A stretch of 61,618 bases of DNA, counting the filler, from Sluysia triapertura (lineage: Eukaryota): assembly GCA_046118255.1 (NCBI GenBank). It is 4 parts of 4 records of this genome, joined end to end, with 100 filler letters (N's around TTAATTAATTAA, not from the genome) between each part and the next. Parts side by side here need not be neighbours in the genome. Positions count along the whole stretch, not along the records: positions 1 to 16,761 come from JBJNIA010197931.1; 3 more parts are not named here. One strand, 5' to 3'. Within the stretch, counting starts at the first letter, position 1; every line of letters starts with the position of its first letter. Below the pieces are notes generated by a model. It was not told where the DNA came from. It did not search any database and was given only the letters and a program-made list of their open reading frames with translations. This document shows positions 1 to 14,070 of this stretch, piece after piece. The position numbers and the translations under genes are program-made.

Positions 1-1949
1 ATTAATTTCGAGAAAATAAGCAAAGTTTAAAAAATTAACACCACAAAATACCGCTATTATATTTGATATTTTTAAAGAAGGTGAAGATATATCAAATTTA
101 ATAGATTTTTCAAGTAATTAATTATATCAGTTATGTCAGTTGCTTTTTTCAACGCAGCAGCAATTCATTCTTCAGTACATTCCTCAAATATTTTCATCAT
201 CATCATCATTATCATTATTATTATAACAGTTGCAAATTTATCATCATACAATCTGACAAAACAAAAAGTAAACCAAATTTTGATTTTAAAAATGATCCAT
301 TTATATTTAGTAAAGTGATTAATTAAAACAAAGCAAATTTTATTTCTATATTAATTAGGTATTTTATTAATTTTATTAATTAATTCTATTATCTACTGAT
401 AAAACAAATCGACTGATTTTAGTAGTAATATTAGTTTCTCTTAATAGTAATTGTTTATATAAATAAAAATTTGTATTTTTAAATTCCATAAATTTTTCTA
501 CTTGATATCCAAGGGAGTCAATTCATATTGTATTTTTTAAGGTGAAGTTAGTTTATATTATGAAATAAATAATTATTTTTAGCACATATAATTTTTATTT
601 ATGCAGTGTTATTTACTTAAATATTATTATTTGAATACGTTTATTTTTATCAATTTTAGTAATTTATTGATAGTTAAAAGTAGTTTATTTGTGTTAAATA
701 ATAATGTATCAATTTGTAAAGAAAAATCTATATTGAAAAATAAGATTTAATAAACATATACAATTATTAAAATTGTCTCATTTCTCAAAAATCAATTCTA
801 TATTTACGATACCTTCATACCTTCCCATACACCTTAAACATCAATTTATTGGTGACTCAAAGAATATAGCAGTTGATGTTTGCATAAGAGAGGGTGTCAC
901 ATAATAAAACACACAATCACGAAATGTATCAGTGTTATGAACACCAAGTCAATGTGAAACACGTTAACATAGATAACGTGAAATCATTATATTTAATTAA
1001 TTTTCTTTATTATAAGTTTCGATATATTATAATAAGCGCATATAATAAAATTATAAATGAAATTAATGCTCATTAAGAGATCATTCTAAATATTATATTA
1101 ATAGTTATTATTGAAAACTAGTTTTATATTTGATTAAATTTATATTCAAATTAAGTTAATCTATTGTTGTATTGATAAGTATTATTATTACTATGATCTT
1201 AAATTTTAAATTTATTATATTCAATATATATGAGTTTGTTTGCCACAAAACTCATTACCTTTGGATAATTGCTAGATAATATTAAGACGGAAATTCGACG
1301 TTACGTGTGTTATATAATATTTCTCATTCTTTTCTCTATCATGTTGTTTGGTAATCATGTTTGTCTGTCTGCACATTATCACTGTATTAATTTTGTCTAT
1401 AATGTTTCTGTGATAAGAGTTATTTTATTTCTTATTTTAAGTATTCTGTTAATTATTATTTTTAATTATTCTAACTTAATAATAATAACTTAATATTTAT
1501 ATTAGTTTCAGTCATAAATCTCATCATTACGTCATTAGTATAAAAGTAGCAACAGTTGTTAAACTTTTACCTAATTCATTATGTTCGACGAATTAAAATT
1601 AAAATTTATAACATCATTAGTTGCTACTAATAAGAAATGTTTAATTTTTACATATTGTTTATTAACTCCTCATCAATTAAATAAGTTGTACTACTTCAAT
1701 ATATTCTTTATCACCAAAATTATCCATCACAATCTCGACTTTCTTTGTGATAAGTTGCCAATATCGACAGATTTTTCCAAAAATCATTATATAACTTTTA
1801 CCAGTGTCCAAAATAGTTCTAATTTAAATTAATTCCCACTTTTATTAGCTTCTAAAACTTATATTTCTTTCGCAAAACTTCATAAAATTTAAATTTATTG
1901 TTATTTTCAAGGTGATATTTTCAAAAATATTAAATTTTTAAAATAAAAA

Positions 1950-2111
1950 TGCTAGACCTCATAAAATGGATTGACCGGCAATCGAATCCGGGCCCTCTTG
2001 CTCCCATCTTACTGAGCTATTAGCCCCGACCAACAGTTTTATTTTATTATAGTCAATTATACTATTATTATTCTACATGGAACTTTAGGCCTTTACCCCC
2101 AATATATCTCA
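1950..2111 (-). mobile_element. tRNA-bearing LTR (degenerate 3' LTR with adjacent PPT remnant) of the TRIM family
   Basis: Aligns to the LTR consensus (tgctagacctcataaaatggattgaccgg...tttaggcctttacccccaata, 1950-2104). It is followed by tatctca, the reverse complement of the PPT end TGAGATA seen in the 50586-50850 copy. Confidence 0.8.
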
Positions 2112-4460
2112 AAAAACCATACGTAAAAAGCACACGTTTCATTATTAAGTAGATCAACGAGAAAATTCCGAAAAATTAGTAATAACATTGTAAAAAGTTA
2201 TGACATTATCAAAAAACGTTCGAATGAAATTTTAAACAAGCCGAAAAAGATTTAAAAGATAAAATTGAAAATCGAATAATTTTATCAAAACGCTTTATCA
2301 TTAATTTTATTTGTATTAAGAATTTATGTAAACAATTTTTAGTTATTTCAAAGGGATTTTTGATTATATCCAATGAAGCGAAATCTTCGAAATGTCCAAT
2401 AAAAATATTATTTTATTTTATTAATTATTTTTAAATTATCTTTAATTACAGTTTATGAGAAAACGAATAATCTTTCTTTGTAAAAACCAATTCGAATTTT
2501 ATAAGACTAGAATACTACTACTAATAATAATAATCATTATCAAAATTTTACTGTACAAACAAATAACTACATATTTGTAGTAAACCTTTGTATTCAATTT
2601 CGAGTAATTTGTAATAGTTACATTTGTTATTGATTTTACTATGAGTTTCGATGTATAGTAAACTTTATTTACTACAATATTTTGATAAAACATGATTTTT
2701 GTATCGCAATCTAAAATTGTAGACCATTTAAAGCGGTTAAGAATCATTTTTTAGAATCTTTTTTTGTTGAATTAAATGCCCAAAAGGTTTTAATTATCAC
2801 ATTCTGTCAATTCTTATATCTAGTACTCTATTACTATATGCTCCAATTATGTTTTATAAATTTTGGCATTGCGTTATTAATTAAAATGATCCTCAATTTT
2901 TTTGTTATTTGTGAACTAATTGTTTAAAATACTAAAAATAATTAAATAATTTCTTTAATTAACGCGTTGATAAAATCCCTACATGAGTGCCATCCATTAG
3001 GATATTAGACACTATGGGCGAATCCATCATTCAGAAACATTTTTCAAAGATAAGTCACATTAAAATACTTATATTACGTAACGTTTTATTGCTATTTATA
3101 TTTCTTCCAAATTTTACTCTTTTTATTATCATCTTTAAGCAAAATATCAATAAAGAATATTTAATTACAAATTTGTTTTATACTCCATGGCAGCTAATTT
3201 TAAATTATTAATAAATACTCGAAATTAATAATTATTAGCTGAATAATCATAAAATAACTCTGTAATAAAATCTTATATTAGTAATAAAATAACAATAATA
3301 ATTCTGTAATAAATTTGAAATTACAATTGAAAATTGTAATAACACAGCCATAACAATTTGGAATTGAAAGAACGTTCGTTACATTGAATTAACGAGCAGA
3401 GTTTAGAATTTAAGAATAACGTTTGAGTTCAAATCTTATTAATTTTAGTTTACAATATCTAACTATACGCTACATAGAAAATTCGTTTTATAAATGCCAT
3501 ATTATGAACTTTGGCATTTTGAACTTTAATTTGGTGACTAAATATAAACTAAATTTGAATTATAATTATATTTTAACTTTAATATTTGAATTTTACTTGT
3601 TATAACAAACTTTGTGATTTTATTACATAATTTTGATTAAATAAGTTTATATTTGAATTTTTATCTGATTTATTTAATTTTGGAATATTTGATATTTGAT
3701 TTTTATATCTGGATTTTTATTTGAATTAAAGTAAGAAATTATATATTATATTAAATTAACGTAATAAATAAATTTTAATGTTTTGTTTTAATCTGAAGGT
3801 CAGTTTAAAAACAAAGCAAATAGACTTGAATTTTGTAAAACAAGTTACAATTTTTTAACATAATTTTGTTCGTGATCTATGGTTGCAGAACCAGTTTACT
3901 GTTGAACTTTAAATAGATCCCTTTTTTACGTTATGCTAGTTTAATTATTGTAAGTTACGATATTAATAATAATATCAACGTAATATCATACTTAAAATCT
4001 TTTATTAAATATTTGGATCTTATAACAGATCCTACGAAAAATCATTTACAAACTCATCTGATTTTTAAATTTTAGCCCTTATTGAGTTAAAATACGTAAA
4101 TTGATATTACTGTACTATACGTTTTATCATTACTTCATAACTGTTTCATAATAAATTATTATAAGCTAGTTTTATTGTTCAATTTATATAGTTACGCATT
4201 ATAAAATCAGTAGAAGAAAGTGTTTTCAACAATTGGAATTTAAATCCAATTACGTAAAATCTTTTTAAGATTCCATTTCAAGAAATCTACGTTAAATAAC
4301 TCAACTAATATCATTAATTTTTGATAAATTCTCAAAATTTCTTAATATAAAACTTACCTCCAGACATTTTTTAATTCGTTATTTAAAGATATAAATTAAC
4401 ATCACTAGCAAAGTCCATTGAGCATTTCTTTTAGCCTTACTTAAGAATCCTTTTATTCAC

Positions 4461-4511
4461 AAATCCAACGGCTAGTCCTAACAGGTAAGCCCAGTACGTT
4501 GGTGAACTCAC
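4461..4511 (+). repeat. Dispersed ~50-bp hairpin repeat, copy 1
   Basis: aaatCCAACGgctagtcctaacaggtaagcccagtaCGTTGGtgaactcac; homologous copies at 5894-5937, 19415-19455, 21707-21757 (-) and 49650-49700. Confidence 0.8.
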
Positions 4512-4996
4512 GTTAAACTTTTACTCACATAAAAGATTACTGATTAAATTCTTACCATGACATTTCAAACGAAATTTGTTTTCAGGAAAATTACGCTATT
4601 CACGAACCAATTGTGGATGCACATTTTCGTGAGTTTTATTACTGGAGTTTTTTAATATTATTTTTAAAAGTTTATTATTTTTAATATTTATTTTAAAAGT
4701 CCTATTAAAATTCGTAATCAAAAGTTATTACAAATGTGTTAATGTGTTAAATAAATTAAGAACTAACCTAATATATAAAATTATAATATTAAAATTATAT
4801 TAAAAAGTATAATAACATTAAATTTTTAAAATTAAATAATTAAAAATTGGTTAATTAAAATTAATAATATTAAAATTATAAACAAGCTTTTTATTCAAGA
4901 ACGGAAATAATAAATTTAAATAATCATTTTGAAAATGGATGTTGTTGTAAATATATAATTTTAGAGCGATATTTTAATTGTTTATAATTATTTTAA

Positions 4997-5215
4997 CCTC
5001 TTGTCGCCCGAATTAATTTTCAAATCTAATAAAAAATTTTCGAAATTACTTCCGGTAAATTGTTGTAATGAAAAGCTATTCAGTACCAGCTAAATATGTA
5101 GTATTAAATGAGTCGTAAACGCTACAGTGGGCTATAAGGGAATAAGTAAAGGCATTTGTTCAATAAATTATAGTTTTCAGTTTGAGTCGTATACGACTCA
5201 CCGGGCGACAAGAGG
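4997..5215. mobile_element. piggyBac-type MITE (219 bp)
   Basis: Perfect 14-bp TIRs CCTCTTGTCGCCCG / CGGGCGACAAGAGG with TTAA on both sides (4993-4996, 5216-5219). Subterminal palindrome TGAGTCGTATACGACTCA at 5183-5200. Confidence 0.9.
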
Positions 5216-6201
5216 TTAAAAACGGAAATTATTATTTTAAATAATTGTTTATGTGTTCTATAAAGGAAATATAGTATAAATAGAGTAAGTTTTAAATTTT
5301 AATATCAGTTTAAAAGTTTTAAAATCTAAAAATAGTTCAGATAAATCGAGTTCAAAGAACGTATAAAATAGTTAAATAGAAGTTTTTGAATTTGAAAATT
5401 AAAGAAGGTATTGGTATCCAGAAGTTTAGAAAAATTACAATATTCGAGAAACGTGAATCACGCATCAAATACATTGTTAAAAACAGATTACGTTAGTCTT
5501 AAATATTTAAGTATCTTGCCCTTACGAGGTACGTAAATTCTACTCAAATTTTGAATTTTCTTTTCACGAACATTTTAAATACGTTGATTAAAATCTGTAT
5601 AAATTAATTATTTTTCAATTAAAGTTCTTATTGACTTTAATATAGTGACATAATCCTCCACATATTATACCTTTTTTAGCTTATTAGCTTTACGATTACA
5701 TTAATGATTAATTAGTTCTAATTTATATAGTTTCAATCCGATTAAATTTTTATACTACATTGTTGTTTTTGAAAAGACTACTTGAAACAAGCTTTTAAAA
5801 TACATTATTGCAGTCCTATTTTAAATGCGAACTTAAAATAGATTAAGCAAGCAGATCGAGTAGATCGATTAAATGACTTCGTTAATTGATATAGGCAAGC
5901 CCTTAACTGAGTAAGTCTTCTACTAGAGGTGAACTCATAAATTTTTAAAATCAATTTAAGTTAGATAGGTTTTTAGAAGAAACCACTTTTGACTATTTGT
6001 GAATATATTATTTATTAAGTTTTACTCAGTTTTTTATGCAGATGTTAATAAATCTTGAAGTAAGTCAGGGAAAGTATAACCCCAAAACAAATTGATAATT
6101 TAACAAGCATTATTAAAATTATTGTTTAATTAAGAAGTAATTCGACAAAAAAGTTGTCGGAGATATTAATACGCTAATTGAGTATAGAATTTTTAAAATA
6201 C

Positions 6202-6357
6202 TGTTAGACTTCATAAAATGGACTGACCGGGGATCGAACCGGGGACTATCGCTGCGCACTTCGATTGCTCTACCATTGAGCTATCATCCCAATCCAACAA
6301 TTTTTAGGTTAGAATAGTCAACCACACTAAGTGGCACTTCAGGTCTATATCCCAACA
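6202..6357 (-). mobile_element. Solo tRNA-bearing LTR with 4-bp TSD ATAC
   Basis: TG...CA termini, ATAC at 6198-6201 and 6358-6361, and a tRNA-like A/B-box unit with TTTT on the minus strand. Confidence 0.9.
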
Positions 6358-6457
6358 ATACAATCTAATTAAATTTGGATTTAAAGAAAACTCCAGTTGA
6401 ATGTAAAGGGAAATGCATCTACAAAAGTACCATTAATGCTATGAACTAGATTGATAT

Positions 6458-6585
6458 AGTTGGGATATAGGCTTAAGGTGTCACTTGTTGGTATGGTTGA
6501 CTATTCTAATCTAAAAATTGTTAGACGGGGCTGATAGCTCATCTGTAAGTTGTGCAGGGAGAGGTCCATTTTATGAAGTCTAACA
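6458..6585 (+). mobile_element. Solo tRNA-bearing LTR (internally deleted) with 4-bp TSD ATAT
   Basis: aGTTGGGATATAGGC...TTTTATGAAGTCTAACA, with ATAT at 6454-6457 and 6586-6589. The B box is deleted. Confidence 0.85.
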
Positions 6586-7372
6586 ATATTAATATTATAA
6601 GTTATGTAAGAAGATAAACCCTCAGATTATTATAAGTTAAACAGGTTTTTTTGTTGAACAATTCCTACAGAAATGTCTCCATTAAAGGTACAAATTAATA
6701 ATTTCTTAAGCTTTCTTTCAATTTTTTCCAAAGTTACTTCTGAAAAACATTTCTTATTTTTTTAAAAATTGTTCCAAATTTTTGTCCTCTATTTCTATCT
6801 ATTTAGAGTACCATCTTGATTGCTACAATACATTTTTTTAACTTTTAATAAGTATATTGAAATTTGAACTTAAATATTAATAAATCTCATGATATATAAT
6901 ATTAATTACAGTCTTCACAAACTGCAACTTCAACTGCAAATTAATGATTCAAAATGTAAAATGAATGAATAATTAATATATTTACTACTTCAACTCCAAT
7001 TTATTAAATAAGCATAAAAATAAATACACTTATTCGAACAAAACCTGTAAAAATTAACTTTTCGATTAATGTTTTTTGTTTAAAGTTAATTAACAGTAAA
7101 TAATTTAGTGTTATTTATATAAATTCAATAATATATCAAATACTCTAAGTTTGTCGCACGATAAATTACAATATATATTATAAAATTACATATTTGTATT
7201 TGTACTTTCAAAATAACACAAAAATTTCATATAGCACATAACTATACATATATATTTTCAAATAATCCAATGAAATAAAAGTTGCAAAATTTTAACGGTA
7301 ATATAAATGAATATGTATTGATAGAAAATTTTCAACTATATTAAAATTAATCCTTTTGCTTTGAAAATCAAA

Positions 7373-8388
7373 ATGCTTAATGATTGTTGTCATAATGGTA
7401 CAATTTATCGATATTATGAATTAATTCGAATATATTTTTTGTCGTGGTTTATTTTATTAATTAACGTATTATCGATATCAGCAAGTAGTTTATGTATTTA
7501 TACTATAATTCAATTCAAAGTATTTCCAAAATCTACAAATTATTGGTTTATTTCAATGTTACTAAGTGATATATTTACGATTTTATTACCGGCTTTTGAT
7601 TATTATTTTTCTTTCATTATACCTGATTTACATAATCATTTTATGCAGAGTATTGGAGTTTTAGGATGTCAATTGAGATTCGGTTTAATAGTCGGTATTT
7701 GTTGGACTTCGTATATTTTACAATCAGGTTTTAGTATAGAACGTTGTATCAGTATTATTTTCCCAATACAATCTAGAATTATATTAACGAATTTTAAATC
7801 TAAATTAACTATTATTGTGTTAATATTCATTGGAATGATATGTGGCTTAATAATAAACATTTTAACTTTAGAAATTGAAATTAATAATAATAATTTAACT
7901 AATAAAAATATCTGTCAAAGAAAATCAATAAAAATATATAGTAATTTATCATTAACGAAATTAGTTTATTACATTGACTTGATTTTATTTCGTATGGTAC
8001 CATTTACAATAATGGCTATCTGTTGTTTTATAATAACTGTGTTAATACAAACTCGTAAAACCAATTTACTAGATCAACATCGAAATTCTGATTGTAGAAG
8101 TGATTCAACAAGTATAACTCGTGATTCAAATGCATTTATATTATTAGTTGTCATAAATCTATTAACGTTATTAACAAATCCACTCTTTCTCATTTTCGAA
8201 TTAATGGATGGTGAAGGTAGTGAAATGCAAGATTTTGCTAAAATAACTAATGACAAATGCTCTTCGAATTTATTAACATTGATTTTTAATGCTTATATAG
8301 AAACAAAGTGAGAATGTTGACTATTGTACCACGGGTTATTTATAATTGTGTTTATGCATTTTCTTTATTTGTTGTATTTAAACTTTAA
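7373..8388 (+). CDS. Rhodopsin-like (class A) GPCR, peptide-receptor-like; TM7 appears frame-shifted
   Basis: Intronless ORF with six hydrophobic segments, TM2 LLSD, TM3 Cys and FSIERCISIIFP (DRY-equivalent ERC), TM5 Pro and TM6 Pro. The ORF stops at 8311. A TM7-like VRMLTIVPRVIYNCVYAFSLFVVFKL* follows in a shifted frame (8308-8388). Confidence 0.85.
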
Positions 8389-8619
8389 TATAAGACCACA
8401 CTTTGTTATGGTTTAAACTTGTTAATTGTTGCAGGCATTAAGCCTATTTCTTTAGTAATTTTAAAATTAATACTTATTTCGTTTTTAATTGTAAAGTTTA
8501 AATTAAATTGTTTGTTTTTGATTAATGGTTGTAATTTTGTTATTAAATTTTTCAAAAAAATTATTTAAAGTATTTAAATTAAATAATTTTTCGCCCACAA
8601 CACAATAGCATAGAATTAT

Positions 8620-8990
8620 TACCGATGTTCACGATCAAACCCTTTAGTATAATACCTATGCTTTATGTGGATATCTACTTCGACTACCAGCTCTCGAGAA
8701 TTTCGTGTCAAGACCCAGACCAAACCTCAAAAAATTCACTCTGGACAAAAACTTAGGAATTTCTGCGCTCCAGTTGTGTGGCTCATAAGATTGTAAGACA
8801 CACTAAGTCGGAAATTCTCTACTTTCTCACAAATTCACAAGGATATTGTCTACGAAATATCTTTCTCGAGATTTGGCTTATCTAAAAGAGTAATCACAGA
8901 TCAAGGGACCCAGTTCGAGTCTGAAGTATTTAACTACATATTAAAACATCTAGGAAGTTCCAGACGCTGAATCCTCGCATATAATGTCGC
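8620..8990 (+). mobile_element. Ty3/Gypsy LTR retrotransposon integrase relic
   Basis: 8863-8985 translates to FSRFGLSKRVITDQGTQFESEVFNYILKHLGSSRR*ILAYN, matching the integrase core (FxRFGxPxxIxTDQGTQFES), with an internal stop. The left boundary is approximate. Confidence 0.8.
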
Positions 8991-9323
8991 TCAAGTTAAA
9001 AGTACTTATTAGTTGTAGTTTTCTGAACTTTTCTGATATATATGTACATATTATCATTATTGTTTTCGTGTTGAAACGTTTTTAGAAAATGTTAATGTGT
9101 GTCGGTGCTAATGCTGGTCATATTGATCAGTGCTACAAATGTTATTTAGTATTTGTTATAAAGTCCTTGTTTTATCGAGTAATTTTTATTGAATCATTAC
9201 TAATGTTTTTATGTCCCCACGGCCTTAAGCCGGGCATAAATTAAAAACATTAAAAAACAATTTTAAATAAGTTATTAAACTTAAGAAAAGCTCTAGATAG
9301 AATCATTAACTTAATTAGATTAA

Positions 9324-9541
9324 CCCTTTCAGCCCCGAATAAATTGTAAATACACGAAAATTAAAATTTTTGCACAAATATGGCGGCGCTCTGATGTTAC
9401 CTAATTACGTTCAAGGTAATCTTTATATCTGGAGGAAGCTAAAATTATGCTCTTCGTATTACTTTAGTAGGATCTTGCATAGCAGTTGTGTAAGAGAAAA
9501 ATCGCAATTGACGCCATATGGCTGTCGCGGGGCTGAAAGGG
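9324..9541. mobile_element. piggyBac-type MITE (218 bp)
   Basis: Perfect 14-bp TIRs CCCTTTCAGCCCCG / CGGGGCTGAAAGGG with TTAA at 9320-9323 and 9542-9545. Imperfect subterminal palindrome GACGCCATATGGCTGTC. Confidence 0.9.
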
Positions 9542-9719
9542 TTAAAAACCATTACACGAATCATAATGTAAAATGTAAAATCGGTTTAAAAATGAAAAAT
9601 TTTATAATTTACTATATTGATCAATAAATATTGATGGATTTATGAAATATACAAATACTATCATAAATTCTTTTTCAAGTTAATTCTGGATTCTGGATAT
9701 AGATAGTTCTGGGAGGACT

Positions 9720-10381
9720 GACACGGATAATCCGCAAAATATTACAAAAATAATAATAAAAAATACTAGTATAATACAAAAACAATGAAAATATATTCAA
9801 TGCTTTATTAAAAAATCGATAATTTTGGTTTGCTTAAGTGAATTTCTCAATGACTTTTTAATATCATCTCGAATTTTTCATAAAGATATTCGAGTAAAGT
9901 ATCGACAGAAGTCAGTGCCGTGTCATGATTAATACGATTGTTAATATCTTCTACCTCACTTTCATTTTCATAAGGATTCAAACTTAGATTTGAAATAATA
10001 TCAGTGTCACTCTGTATCTGGAATCCTGGATCAGATGAATCAAATTCTACCCATTTTCAAAGCCATTTAAATTTTTCATTAGCTCACATAATTCTGAAAT
10101 GTTACATATCTCATGTTCAATAGAGTCCGAAACATTACTTTCTGCATTTGACATAATTTTCAACCACGATCGAATTAGTGTTATTGGCTTAATTTTGTTC
10201 CAAGATTTAACAGCTCCATATATTGCATCCAACATTGTCATGTTTTTCCATAAATTCATTAAATCGTCATTCTCGCTGCAAAAGCTTCGAAGAAGATCAT
10301 TGCGATAATGGCGTTTCAATAAAGAGATAACTCCTTGATGCATTTTCTAAACATTATCCACGGATAATCGGAAGTTTACTG
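9720..10381 (-). mobile_element. pogo/Tigger (DDE_1) transposon deletion relic
   Basis: ORF 10047-10343 MHQGVISLLKRHYR...AVKSWNKIKPITLIRSW matches the pogo QPMDQGVI..LK..YR motif. The terminus CAGTAAACTTCCGATTATCCG at 10381 is flanked by TA. Confidence 0.8.
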
Positions 10382-11145
10382 TATATATAATAAATTAAAG
10401 CCTCGGTCTCTGATATGCAAATAAAATAAATGCTCAGTATACTAAGATTTATGAGACAAAATGACAATATCAATAAATATACACAATATATCTAAGCGGA
10501 ACACACATAATGTTGCTTAAATATTTTGATTTTAATTTAATTTAGTCATACTACTTACTGATTTGCTCGTGCAATCAATAAATTAAAAATGAAATTAAGC
10601 ATTTATCGCGCTGCACATCAATTTGTTATTGTTGTGTCGGGTTCCCCTGGAAAAACACTGTATTAAAAATTATTTAAAATTAGACTTGTCACATTTAAAG
10701 AATATTTTTTATGAATACTTTACTACAACTTCATCTTAATTCTAATCTTAATAACTAACATTATACGAACTTAAATAAGTAGTGTCAAGAAGAAAACCTC
10801 CGTAACACAATACTGTACCATCTAGAAATTATTGAAGATACTTTGATTAATTTACAATTTCTGCCGATTTAAAAACATTAAAGAAAACTTTGTTTTGAGA
10901 AATAAATACGTCTTTAAAAGATTGTACGCCCATTTGATATATGATCAAAGATGGAAGAATGTAAGAAAATTAGCTATGTCTAAAACTAGAAGATTATATG
11001 ATGAAAGAAAATCAATAAGAATCGATGATAAAGAATTATACTAAATAACCAATCAAAAGACTAAATAATTTTTAAACAATAAAGCATTTTATATAAATAT
11101 TGTTATTAGATTTGTAAATTATAAAGAAATTTAAAATAAAACTTA

Positions 11146-12263
<1,118 letters not shown>

Positions 12264-12576
12264 ATTTAACAGTTCAACTTTGGTAATGAAACGTTGACCT
12301 TGAGCTTGCTTATATTTAATGTATTATTTTTACAAATTAATTTTATTTAAATTTTTTTTAATATTTGCTTTATAACAAATTAAATAAAATGAAAATTTCA
12401 ATAGTTAAAATAAAAAATATATATTTATTTTATTATACATTTTCTTTATGCATTATTAAAACAACAAAATATAATGAATTTTATTTGATATCAAATAAAT
12501 ATTTGATACAAAAAGTGGAAATTTATTTATATTAATAAATATAAGATCCGTAATTGCAAATACAGTTTTTTCATAA

Positions 12577-14070
12577 CTAAAATTGTTCTTCAAGAATTCT
12601 AATTACTTCATCTTGAAGTTCTTCTTTATGGTTTTTATCGTTGTATCTATTACAATTGTTATAATCATAATCAATTTGAAATTCATTTTCACAATTTTCT
12701 GAGTCATGCCCACTGTTTCCTAATTGATTTTTATATTTGCTAGCAAATGTTTTTAAGACTTCCACAATGTCAGCTTTATAGTTTGTTCGTAAGTTTAATT
12801 CTCTTATCGTATAAATTGGTATAACTTCTCTTGCTACTTGTTTTATAATTTCATTACGCATTAATTTTATAGTTAATTCTGAAATCATACCAATTTTTTC
12901 AACCAAATTTCCAAAATAATTAATTATATCCAATGGAGGTTTGACAAGAAAATGTAAAAACCATTTTGTGTCTAATAAAATATATGGTAAAATCGATAAA
13001 ATTTTGTCAGTAGCAATTTTATTTCGATGAAGTATTGAATGATCAAGTAAAGCAAGCAAAATAGATATACAATTATCTTGATCTAATAAAACCCGATAAA
13101 CTTCTTCGTTACAGTTTTGAAAATTTTTTATTAAACAATTCAATCTAAATTGATAATCAATTTCAAAACATGTTTTCGTTGGTCCAAAAAAGAACGAATG
13201 TATTAAAAATATATAAATACAACGAATTATTTGACTTGTTAAACGCATTTCTTTGTCAAAATAATAACCAAATCTTAATATTCTGCGTGGTATCGATACC
13301 CATTCATCGACTTCGTTAGATGCGTATTGAATTTTCGTTTGTTCAAAATAAAGTAATGAAAATGAATCATTAAAACAATTAATTAAACAATTTAAAATAT
13401 GAGGTAATCGTAAAGAAGTTTTCGTTACTAATTGTGATAAACTATATTCGATTATATCACGATAATGATATCGACAGATTTTAAATGGACGTCGATAAAA
13501 AAACGAAAACTTTTTCAGTGGAATCCAATTACCATAATTAAGCATTGGTTCAATGCATTCGAATGCTTCACGTAAAATAATAATGCAATTTGGATGAATT
13601 TGTAGTAAATCATTAATTTCATCGCCATCTTTAATAAATACATTAGTAACGAAGCAACACTGATTAAGATCTAATAAACTGCGAGCGTTTGATAATTTGA
13701 AATTCAGTAAATTTAACAATATACTAGCATTTTGAAGATACAATACCAAACCTAATGTATTCAAATAAAGCACAGCTCGATTATGTATCATCGGTCTACC
13801 GTTTTCTAATTTTGGATTATCTGGTATTTGAAAATAACTAACTCTAAAATAGCTTGGTTTTAGCAAAGCCACTTTTTCCAATCTAGGCCAACTATTGGAT
13901 CGAATCATATTGATAATCCACTGAGTTTCTGAGTGCTGAAATGAATAATAATCGGGTACTGTGTAGCCAGAAGAACAGTTCTGAAATATTGGTGGTTTGG
14001 GTAAAATTTCTTCATTTGGAGTTTTAAAAAAACTATCTCTATTAACATTTGCAGTTAATGTGGATGCCAT
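12577..14070 (-). CDS. Intronless 497-aa hypothetical protein
   Basis: 1.5-kb ATG-to-TAG ORF in very AT-rich DNA with normal amino-acid composition. No family recognised; one weak ankyrin-like segment (LNTLGLVLYLQNASILLNLL...DLN). Confidence 0.8.
   Translation of the reverse strand: MASTLTANVNRDSFFKTPNEEILPKPPIFQNCSSGYTVPDYYSFQHSETQWIINMIRSNSWPRLEKVALLKPSYFRVSYFQIPDNPKLENGRPMIHNRAVLYLNTLGLVLYLQNASILLNLLNFKLSNARSLLDLNQCCFVTNVFIKDGDEINDLLQIHPNCIIILREAFECIEPMLNYGNWIPLKKFSFFYRRPFKICRYHYRDIIEYSLSQLVTKTSLRLPHILNCLINCFNDSFSLLYFEQTKIQYASNEVDEWVSIPRRILRFGYYFDKEMRLTSQIIRCIYIFLIHSFFFGPTKTCFEIDYQFRLNCLIKNFQNCNEEVYRVLLDQDNCISILLALLDHSILHRNKIATDKILSILPYILLDTKWFLHFLVKPPLDIINYFGNLVEKIGMISELTIKLMRNEIIKQVAREVIPIYTIRELNLRTNYKADIVEVLKTFASKYKNQLGNSGHDSENCENEFQIDYDYNNCNRYNDKNHKEELQDEVIRILEEQF

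Noticed and set aside
133-3605. Short I/L/F/N/K-rich ORFs here and throughout (e.g. 14936-15385, 45395-45604)
   Set aside because: Their composition is what AT-rich non-coding DNA gives, many have non-ATG starts, and they contain no motifs.
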